From Candidatus Omnitrophota bacterium (GTDB taxonomy: Bacteria; Omnitrophota; Gorgyraeia; Duberdicusellales; 4484-171), in NCBI GenBank assembly GCA_021735045.1, contig JAIPHU010000003.1, forward strand, positions 1 through 32,000: a stretch of DNA of 32,000 nucleotides, written 5' to 3'. Position numbers and translations under genes: made by a program. Under the pieces are notes generated by a model. That model was not told where the DNA came from. It ran no database searches and saw only the letters and a list, made by a program, of their open reading frames with translations. Shown here in pieces: positions 16,574-23,986 of the stretch. Within the stretch, counting starts at the first letter, position 1; each line of letters opens with the position of its first letter.

Positions 16574-18050
16574 CCCAATTTTACTATCTGAACTTTTAAA
16601 TGTTTCTTCTAAAAGTGTATTAGGTATCGGCTCCTTTTTTGTACTATTAATTGTTTTTATCTACATTTTAAAAAAAACACAAACTATATCCGATCTAAAA
16701 GAAGAAAACCATAACTTAAGCAGCACTTTAGAAAAATTAGACCAACAAGCAAAAATAATCTTAAAAAGCGATATGGACGTAAAACTTTATCAACAAGAAA
16801 TAAAAGATAGAGGTAATAAACTTAATCTTTTAAGAAGATTTATCTCAACCAGCCTCCCTATACTTAGCAAAAATCAACTATTTTCAAAAATAGATAATCT
16901 TTTAATAGAAAAATTTGGTTTCAAAAAAGGCTTGCTGTTAGATTTTGATAGCCTGGAACAACTCTACAAAAATAATTTTGATCCTGTCGAAACTCAAGCA
17001 ATAGTTAATATTCTTTTAAAAAATAAATCTTATCTTAAAGAGAAAAAAATATTAACTTCTGAATCTGAAATTTGCAAAACGCTTTCTTTTAAATTACATA
17101 CAAAAAACATACTTATTTGTCCTATCAAAACTAAAAATAAAATTTATAATATTTTTATTGTAGCTGGTTTAATTTCTTCTGAATCCATTAAAGAATCTAC
17201 AAAAGAAGCTTTTTTAATACTTTGTATGTATTTAGCTAAATGCTTAGATAATATAGACCTCTTTGAGCAAATTTATCAAACTAAAGAAAGTTTGGAAAAA
17301 AAGATAAAAAATAGAACTAAAGAATTAGCAAAAAGCTTAAAAACGGTAGAAACAATTAGTAAAACAAAATCAGATTTTATTTCAAATGTTTCTCACGAAC
17401 TAAGAACACCTCTTACTTCTGTTAAAGGATTTTCTTCTCTTCTAGCTGATGAAAAGTTTGGTAAATTACCTCAAGAGGCTAGCAAAAGGCTTAAAAAAAT
17501 AGTTGAAAACGTCGACAAACTTATGGATATAGTTAATACACTTTTAGACATTTCCCGTATTGAATCCGGAAAAATAGAAATAAACATAACTCTTTACGAT
17601 ATTGTCCCTTTAATTAAAAATATTGCTGACTTTTTTGAACCTCAAAGCAATGAAAAAAATATAGCCATTGATATAGATACTCCTGAAACTTTTAATGTTT
17701 ATATGGATAAAAATTTAATTGAAAGAGTCTTGACTAACCTTGTTAATAATGCTATTAAATTTACACCTGAAGGAGGTAAAATAAAAATTTCCTGCAAAGA
17801 AAAAGAAGAAAAAGCTTTAATATCTATAGCTGATACAGGATTTGGTATATCTAAAGAAAATTTGGATAAAATATTTCAAGAATTTTATCGAATAAAAGAT
17901 GTAGAAAAAAAATCTATAAAAGGAAGTGGGTTAGGGCTTTCTCTAGTAAAAAAAATAATTGATAGCCACAAACAAAAAATATGGGTTGAATCAGAACTAA
18001 ACAAAGGAACTACTTTTTACTTTACTTTAGAAAGGGGAAAAAATGAATAA
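16560..18050 (+). CDS. Sensor histidine kinase (TM, coiled coil/GAF-like region, HisKA, HATPase_c)
   Basis: H-box SHELRTPLTSV. N-box NLVNNAIKFTP. G-boxes DTGFGI and GSGLGLSL. Overlaps the FIST stop by 14 nt. Confidence 0.85.
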   Translation: MFGNNPILLSELLNVSSKSVLGIGSFFVLLIVFIYILKKTQTISDLKEENHNLSSTLEKLDQQAKIILKSDMDVKLYQQEIKDRGNKLNLLRRFISTSLPILSKNQLFSKIDNLLIEKFGFKKGLLLDFDSLEQLYKNNFDPVETQAIVNILLKNKSYLKEKKILTSESEICKTLSFKLHTKNILICPIKTKNKIYNIFIVAGLISSESIKESTKEAFLILCMYLAKCLDNIDLFEQIYQTKESLEKKIKNRTKELAKSLKTVETISKTKSDFISNVSHELRTPLTSVKGFSSLLADEKFGKLPQEASKRLKKIVENVDKLMDIVNTLLDISRIESGKIEINITLYDIVPLIKNIADFFEPQSNEKNIAIDIDTPETFNVYMDKNLIERVLTNLVNNAIKFTPEGGKIKISCKEKEEKALISIADTGFGISKENLDKIFQEFYRIKDVEKKSIKGSGLGLSLVKKIIDSHKQKIWVESELNKGTTFYFTLERGKNE

Positions 18051-18972
18051 ATTAAAAATATTGGCTGTAGACGATGACCTAGATATATTAGATTTAATAA
18101 AAGCTACTTTAGAAAGTGAGTTTGAAGTTCAAACAGTTGACACTGGCAACGAAGCCTTAACTAGATTAAAAGAAATTACACCTGATTTAGTTATTTTGGA
18201 CTATATGTTACCAGATATAAACGGAGACCAGATTTGTAAAAAAATAAGACAAGATGCTTTGCTTATGAACTTACCTGTTCTTATGCTTACCGGAAAGGGA
18301 GAAGTTGAAGACAAAGTCAAAGGATTAGAAGCTGGCGCTGACGACTATATGACTAAACCATTTCTGCCGCAAGAGTTAATCGCAAGAATCAGAATGTTAA
18401 TCAGAAGATCCAGCCTAAACCTTGATGCTAACCCTTTGACTAGACTACCGGGAAATATTTCCATAAATAAAGAACTAGAAAGTAAATTAAAGCTTGAAGA
18501 AAACTTTGCTGTTCTTTATATTGACATAGATAACTTTAAAGTATTAAATGATTATTATGGTTTTGGTAAAGGAGATGAAGTAATTAAAAAAACTTCCCAA
18601 ATACTTGTCGAAGCTATCCAAGAAAAAGGCCAAACCAAAGACTTTATTGGCCATATCGGAGGAGATGACTTTGTGGTAATAACTTCTATAAAAAAAGCAG
18701 AAATAATATCGCAAGGTATACTTTCGAAATTTGATAATTTTTCTCCAAACTTTTTTGCTTCAGAAGATAGAAAAAAAGGCTATATTGAAGCAAAAAGTAG
18801 AGATGGGCAAACAGCTAAATTTGGGTTTCCTACTATTTCAATAGGCATAATCACCAATGAAAACAAAAAATTTGATCATGTAGCTCAGATAGGTTCTCGT
18901 GGTGCAGAGTTAAAAAATCTAGCTAAAAAATTCCCCGAAAGCAAATATATCTTCGATCGCCGCACAAGTTAA
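18043..18972 (+). CDS. Response regulator with a GGDEF-family nucleotide cyclase domain carrying a GGDDF variant motif
   Basis: REC domain (DD..., DLVILD, KP). Then LTRLPGN, YIDIDNFKVLND and GHIGGDDFVV. Overlaps the kinase stop by 8 nt. Confidence 0.75.
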   Translation: MNKLKILAVDDDLDILDLIKATLESEFEVQTVDTGNEALTRLKEITPDLVILDYMLPDINGDQICKKIRQDALLMNLPVLMLTGKGEVEDKVKGLEAGADDYMTKPFLPQELIARIRMLIRRSSLNLDANPLTRLPGNISINKELESKLKLEENFAVLYIDIDNFKVLNDYYGFGKGDEVIKKTSQILVEAIQEKGQTKDFIGHIGGDDFVVITSIKKAEIISQGILSKFDNFSPNFFASEDRKKGYIEAKSRDGQTAKFGFPTISIGIITNENKKFDHVAQIGSRGAELKNLAKKFPESKYIFDRRTS

Positions 18973-19055
18973 TGCGAGAGAGGGGACTTGAACCCCTACG
19001 GTATCTCTACCACTAGCCCCTCAAGCTAGCGCGTCTGCCATTCCGCCACCCTCGC
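18973..19055 (-). tRNA. tRNA-Leu (anticodon GAG)
   Basis: Hand-folded cloverleaf. Acceptor GCGAGGG/CTCTCGC, anticodon stem CTAGC/GCTAG with loop TTGAGGG, a long variable arm and a T-arm AGGGG-TTCAAGT-CCCCT. No CCA is encoded. Confidence 0.85.
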
Positions 19056-19117
19056 ATAAAATCTAATTTTAATCTTTTAAAATCTAATTTTGTAAAAATA
19101 ATAAAAATAACGGTAAG

Positions 19118-20104
19118 TTAATGAGTGCCTTTGCCTTTACCTTTATCTCGGAATAAATCGAGAAATCTATCTTCGTATTCTTTGTAGGCATTCCAGTCAT
19201 CAAGTTCTTTTTTTAATTCACTTGCAGCTGTTATATCTTTTTTTGCTTTTTTAAAAAGCTCTTCAATTTTACCTCTAGCTGATTGAGGCACTTTGGTGTA
19301 TGCTGCTAAATCTTTTTTAATACTTTTTACATCTTCTTCGCTCAAAGGGCTAGGGCCTTCTTGTTTTGCTTCTCCCTTTAAATAGCTGATAAGCTTATCT
19401 ATTTCCTTTTCGATAAATTTAGCCCTTTTCCAGACAGAAGAAATATCAAGTTTAATCCGTAAAAAATTGACAAGTAAATCCAAAATAATAGCTGTAGCTC
19501 TAGGATTTTCAATTTGGGCTGTATAAAAAGGAATTTCAGCTAAAACACAAGCTCCTTTAAGCCCTTCGTCTTTGGCTACACCTAAAAGTATTCCATTTAA
19601 TCCACTAATTTGGCCTTTTTTTAACACTTTTGTTTTAGCTTTTTCAAACTGTTTAATAACAGAAGGATGGGTTGCGGCTAACCATAATGATAAATCGTGC
19701 TTATGATCAATCGATTCTGGTTTAGCAGCAAAAGTAATAGTCAGTTTTGGGCTGTATCTTTTTATGAACTTAATTATAATTTTTGAAAGTTCTTCTGCAT
19801 GCTCAAGAGGAGGTTGAGCTTGTCCCAAAAAAAGAATTATATCCGGGCCTTCCTTACCTTTATAATAATAAAATAACCCTGCCGGCGGCTTAGGTATATT
19901 TGCGATTCCCGCCTTAACACTTACTGCTGCTGGCTTAAAAAAGAACTCGGCACGAAGCTTTGCAAACATTTTAAAGTTCATGGCCTCTTTTAAAAATAAC
20001 GCGCTTCGATAAGCCACCTCGCCCATACCAGGCCAAGCGGCAATAAAGATTGGTTTTTTTAGTTTTGGATTAGATAACTGTTTAATCATTTTTAAATTCT
20101 TCAT
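19118..20104 (-). CDS. PAC2-family (proteasome assembly chaperone 2-like) protein with a charged C-terminal coiled-coil tail
   Basis: 328 aa. IAAWPGMGEVA near the N-terminus and the overall pattern are as I recall for PF09754-type proteins. No SD precedes either candidate ATG. Confidence 0.5.
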   Translation of the reverse strand: MKNLKMIKQLSNPKLKKPIFIAAWPGMGEVAYRSALFLKEAMNFKMFAKLRAEFFFKPAAVSVKAGIANIPKPPAGLFYYYKGKEGPDIILFLGQAQPPLEHAEELSKIIIKFIKRYSPKLTITFAAKPESIDHKHDLSLWLAATHPSVIKQFEKAKTKVLKKGQISGLNGILLGVAKDEGLKGACVLAEIPFYTAQIENPRATAIILDLLVNFLRIKLDISSVWKRAKFIEKEIDKLISYLKGEAKQEGPSPLSEEDVKSIKKDLAAYTKVPQSARGKIEELFKKAKKDITAASELKKELDDWNAYKEYEDRFLDLFRDKGKGKGTH

Positions 20105-20124
20105 GTTTTCTATTATAATCTATT

Positions 20125-20160
20125 AAAATAAAACCCCACCATAGGTCCGCTAGAGGTGGC
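20125..20160 (-). terminator. Terminator-like or attenuator stem 20 nt upstream of the PAC2 start
   Basis: Minus sense reads CCACC (20159-20155), a 14-nt loop, GGTGG (20140-20136), then GGTTTTATTTT. The stem is short and the loop large, so this is weak as an intrinsic terminator. Confidence 0.3.
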
Positions 20161-20290
20161 GCTATCAGTCCTTTTCTCACACAAGTGGGCACCGCATTTT
20201 AAACTTTTGTCTAAAAAATATTGGCTCCCTTAAAATTAATGTTGGCTGTAGCGCTAATACCCCCAAACGAGACAGGCAGGGTACTTATCA

Positions 20291-20319
20291 ATTATAACAC
20301 TCTCTCTTTTTAGTTTCAA
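20291..20319 (-). promoter_or_regulatory. Near-consensus sigma70 promoter downstream of pheT, driving a leader of about 160 nt
   Basis: Minus sense reads TTGAAA (20319-20314), a 17-nt spacer, then TATAAT (20296-20291). Confidence 0.5.
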
Positions 20320-20350
20320 GTAGGGGTAGCTTTTATAGCCGCTTTTCTGC

Positions 20351-22354
20351 CTATCTTAAAATAATACCTTTTTTATCATGAAGCTTTTCTCGAATTTGAT
20401 TATGATAAATATCTACCTGATCAGAGTTTAAAGTTTTCTGACTAGATTGATAAAAAAGGCGCAAAGTAAAACCAAAATGATCTTTGGGTAAATTTTTACC
20501 TTGGTAAGTATCAACTATTTTAAGATCAGATAAATACTGGCTTCCTTCTTCTATTATTTTGCTTATTTTCCTAAACTTTATATTTTTATCGATAGCTAAA
20601 CTTATATCTCTCCACACAGCAGGAAATTTAGAAAAAGACCTAAACTTTTTACCTTTTTTTAATTGCTCCAACAAATCTAAATCAAGTTCGGAAATAAACA
20701 AATCTTCTTTTAAGCCAAACTTGTTTTTCACTTTTTGATCCAGTTTAGCCATAAACCCGATAATTTTACCTTCGGCTTTAAGCTCTAAGGAATTACTGAA
20801 GCTTGCCATTGTATTTTCTGAAACTGCCGGTTTTATATTTAAATAACTGAGAACTTCCCAAACTGCCCCTTTTAACTGAAAAAACCTTTCTTTATCCCCA
20901 GTTACTCCTAAAGATAAAAAAGAACTCTCTTTAACTTTATTCTTGCTCTTCTTCTTGTATATATCAGCAATTTCAAAAAAAGTTAGATCTTCTTTGCCCC
21001 GATTTAAATTATGTTTTATGCTTTTTATCATCCCTAAAGATAACCTGGGCCTTAAGCTATTTTCTTGGCTACGCAGAGGATTCCTTAGGCTAAGGCCTCG
21101 TTCTTTTGTAATTATTGCTAGCTCTTTTCTATTTTCCATGCTGTAGGTAATTATTTCTGAAAATCCTAATAAAGCAACAAAATCTCTTATTTTATTCTTA
21201 AATTTCCAGCTATTTTCTTCTTTGTCTAAAACCGGATTTTTTTTCAAATCTTTTATCACAAAAGGTAGCTTCGCTTTAATTTTATTATACCCATAAATTC
21301 TTGCAAACTCCTCATAAACATCAACTTCTCTAGCTAAATCAAAACGAGATAAGGCTGGTTTGACTTTTATTTTATCAGCTGAAACTTTTTTTACTTTACA
21401 ATTAAGAGAGTTTAATATTTTTTTGACCTCTGGTAGCCTAAAATCTGTACCCAGATAATTTTTCATTTTAGTTAAACTTATAGTTATTTGCTTTGGCTTT
21501 TCTTCGGTTTTCCTACCCACTTTTTTGTAGCCGCCAAATTCACCTTTTGCTAATTTTAGAATTAAATCTACTGCTTCGCCAGATGCATATTCTAGACAAA
21601 GTTCTGATACTCTTCTTTCAAAACGATAAGAAGATTCAGTATCAAGGCCAACTCCTCGCCGCGACCGGCGGACAGTAGTTGGGGAAAACTTTGCCGCCTC
21701 TAAAAATATATTTTTAGTATCTGCGGTAACTTCGGTGTTTTTTGCTCCCATAACACCTGCTAAAGCGATAACTTTCTTGCTGTCGGCAACTACTAAGTTC
21801 TCTGGCGTTAAGGTTCTTTGCTTTTGATCAATGCCGATAAAATTTTCTTTATCTTTTGCCCTCCTTATACAAATATCTCCTTCTATTTTATCTAAATCAA
21901 AAGCATGAAGAGGATTGCCCCATTTAAGCATACAGTAGTTTGTAGCATCGACAATATTATTTACCGACGCTATTTTACAATTTATAAGAAGTTTTTTCAG
22001 CCACTCTGGTGATTGCCCTACTTTTGTCTTTTTTATTGTTCTACCTAAATAGTAAGGGCAATCTTCTAAATTATTTATTATAATTTTCTTTTTTTCTATC
22101 TTGGGGGTAGTTTTTGTCCGAGGATATTTTAGGTTTATTTTTTTACCTGATACCGCAGCAACTTCTTGTGCAATCCCTATGATTGAAAGCCAATCATACC
22201 GGTTGGTGGTAACTTCGGCAGAAAATACCCAATCATCAGCAGTTTTTTCTAAATTTTCTATTTCTAGGCCAGCTGAAGTAAGCAGCTTGGCAAGCTCTTG
22301 CGCCGAACTTTTTATATCTACAAATTGTTTTATAAAATTTAAGCTAAAATCCAT
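20351..22354 (-). CDS. pheT: Phenylalanine--tRNA ligase beta subunit (short form lacking the B2 OB-fold domain)
   Basis: 667 aa. The B1 N-terminus runs directly into the NRYDWLSIIGIAQE (B3/4) region. A B5 domain, a catalytic-like domain and a C-terminal FDX-ACB domain are present. Confidence 0.85.
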   Translation of the reverse strand: MDFSLNFIKQFVDIKSSAQELAKLLTSAGLEIENLEKTADDWVFSAEVTTNRYDWLSIIGIAQEVAAVSGKKINLKYPRTKTTPKIEKKKIIINNLEDCPYYLGRTIKKTKVGQSPEWLKKLLINCKIASVNNIVDATNYCMLKWGNPLHAFDLDKIEGDICIRRAKDKENFIGIDQKQRTLTPENLVVADSKKVIALAGVMGAKNTEVTADTKNIFLEAAKFSPTTVRRSRRGVGLDTESSYRFERRVSELCLEYASGEAVDLILKLAKGEFGGYKKVGRKTEEKPKQITISLTKMKNYLGTDFRLPEVKKILNSLNCKVKKVSADKIKVKPALSRFDLAREVDVYEEFARIYGYNKIKAKLPFVIKDLKKNPVLDKEENSWKFKNKIRDFVALLGFSEIITYSMENRKELAIITKERGLSLRNPLRSQENSLRPRLSLGMIKSIKHNLNRGKEDLTFFEIADIYKKKSKNKVKESSFLSLGVTGDKERFFQLKGAVWEVLSYLNIKPAVSENTMASFSNSLELKAEGKIIGFMAKLDQKVKNKFGLKEDLFISELDLDLLEQLKKGKKFRSFSKFPAVWRDISLAIDKNIKFRKISKIIEEGSQYLSDLKIVDTYQGKNLPKDHFGFTLRLFYQSSQKTLNSDQVDIYHNQIREKLHDKKGIILR

Positions 22355-22358
22355 AATT

Positions 22359-23408
22359 TTAAAGAGGAAATTGTTTTAGAAAATTTTTATCGTTTTCATA
22401 AAAAAGCCTAATATCATTTATTTGATATTTTTGCATAATAATTCTATCCACACCCATCCCAAAAGCAAAGCCTTGATATTTTTTACTATCTATATTGCAA
22501 GCTTCTAATACATTCGGATGAATCATCCCGCAGCCTAATATCTCAAGCCAGCCTTTGCCTTTACAAACCGGGCATCTCTCTTTGTTTTTTTGTTTATTTT
22601 TCTGCGAACAAATGACACATGAAACATCGACTTCGGCAGAAGGTTCAGTAAAAGGAAAAAAATGAGGCCGGAACCGCAGTTGAACCTCCTGAGAAAAAAA
22701 CTGCCTGGCAAAATAAAGAAGAACTCCCTTTAGGTGCGAAAAGCTTATATCTTGGCCAACTACAAACCCTTCTATTTGATAAAACATAAAAGAATGAGTT
22801 GCATCCACTACATCAGGCCGATAAACCCTTCCCGGAGAAATAACAGCTAAGGGAGGGTCAACCTGCTGCATAATTCTAATTTGGGAAGGAGAAGTATGGC
22901 TTCTTAATAACCAGCTCCCACTTTTTTTATCTTTTTTGTCTAAATCTAGGTAAAAAGTATCAAAAGCATCCCGGGAAGGATGGTCAAGCGGAATATTTAA
23001 AGCAGAAAAATTATGCCACTCATCCTCGACCTCATTACCTTCAATAACATTAAACCCTAACTCTTTAAAGATCAAACATATTTCTTTTGTTACTGAACTT
23101 AAAATATGTATTGATCCTTTTTGAGGATACTTAGCTGGATAAGTTAAATCTATTTTTTCTTCCTTCTGGACTTCCTTTGACAACTTTTCTTTGATAGCCG
23201 AACTTATTTTATTTTTTAAAATATTCAGTTCTTTACCCCAGTGGCCTCTTTCTTGTTTAGCTAAATTTGGGATATTAGAAAAAAGCTGAGAAATTTTAGA
23301 CTTTCTGCCCAAATATTTTACCTTTAGATTCTCTAGAGAATCTTTATTTTCTGCTTTTTCTAAATCTTTCTTAAATGATTCTTTTATGTTTTTTATTTCT
23401 TCTGCCAT
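22359..23408 (-). CDS. pheS: Phenylalanine--tRNA ligase alpha subunit
   Basis: 349 aa. Class II motifs are present (LRSHTSPSQIR, GRVYRPD, FTEPSAEVDV, GWLEILGCGMIHPNV, GFAFGMGVDR). Confidence 0.9.
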   Translation of the reverse strand: MAEEIKNIKESFKKDLEKAENKDSLENLKVKYLGRKSKISQLFSNIPNLAKQERGHWGKELNILKNKISSAIKEKLSKEVQKEEKIDLTYPAKYPQKGSIHILSSVTKEICLIFKELGFNVIEGNEVEDEWHNFSALNIPLDHPSRDAFDTFYLDLDKKDKKSGSWLLRSHTSPSQIRIMQQVDPPLAVISPGRVYRPDVVDATHSFMFYQIEGFVVGQDISFSHLKGVLLYFARQFFSQEVQLRFRPHFFPFTEPSAEVDVSCVICSQKNKQKNKERCPVCKGKGWLEILGCGMIHPNVLEACNIDSKKYQGFAFGMGVDRIIMQKYQINDIRLFYENDKNFLKQFPL

Positions 23409-23899
23409 AGGCTTATTTTTATAAGGTAAATGACTCCTATTGTCAAGAAGATTACCATGCTAACCAAAGCAAACTTCTTTTTTTTATCTGAAACTAAGTA
23501 ACTGAGTTCTTTCCCTTGAGTTACTACCTCTAAGGCGGTTAAATGTAACCCCCTTTGATTATGGATGGGGCAATTTTTATAAAAAATGCCTTCTATCTCA
23601 ACAATATCGCCTTTTTCTTTGTAACTACCCCAATAATGGGCCTTTTCTAGCATTTCTTTTTCTGCTAGATAGACACCCATATTATAGTCATTTGCACCAA
23701 GATTTAACCAAATTCCTGTATCGGTGGTAAGCGGCTCCCCAATTAATTCTGCCTTTAAAGAAACTCTTTTTTGGTCATATTTTTCGGGATTATCTACTAA
23801 AGCTTTTAAACTTATAGTTGGAGCTTGACTATAAGCAGTTAAAGAAAATAAAAGAGTTAAGATCAAAATAAAAAATGATAACGCACCCTTACTTTTCAA
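23393..23899 (-). CDS. Hypothetical exported protein with a C-terminal membrane anchor (possible OB-fold)
   Basis: 168 aa. TTG start with a GGGGGA SD 8 nt upstream. It has a signal peptide and a C-terminal TM. Overlaps the pheS start by 16 nt. Confidence 0.4.
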   Translation of the reverse strand: MKSKGALSFFILILTLLFSLTAYSQAPTISLKALVDNPEKYDQKRVSLKAELIGEPLTTDTGIWLNLGANDYNMGVYLAEKEMLEKAHYWGSYKEKGDIVEIEGIFYKNCPIHNQRGLHLTALEVVTQGKELSYLVSDKKKKFALVSMVIFLTIGVIYLIKISLWQKK

Positions 23900-23986
23900 A
23901 GTCTGTATCCCCCTTTTTCTTATCTGCCCTGAACCGTGATTTTGTAAAACAAAATCTCTGGTTTGGGACTGTGTTCATCTCTATTC

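Noticed and set aside
20105-20350. Identification of the pheT-PAC2 spacer as SRP (4.5S) RNA, 6S RNA, RNase P RNA, tmRNA or a TPP riboswitch
   Set aside because: The SRP domain IV GGAA/AGCAGC motif, the RNase P GAGGAAAGUCC motif, a tmRNA tRNA-like end and the TPP ACCUGAUCUGG segment are all absent. There is only a loose UGAGA...ACUGAU resemblance. 6S cannot be judged from sequence alone. It is left as an unclassified leader or sRNA.
23938-23956. The 7-bp hairpin gattttg-taaaa-caaaatc downstream of trkH as an intrinsic terminator
   Set aside because: The stem is almost entirely A/T (a single G-C pair) and no U-tract follows it on the coding (minus) strand. The next gene follows co-directionally with its own SD. 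It is probably insignificant.
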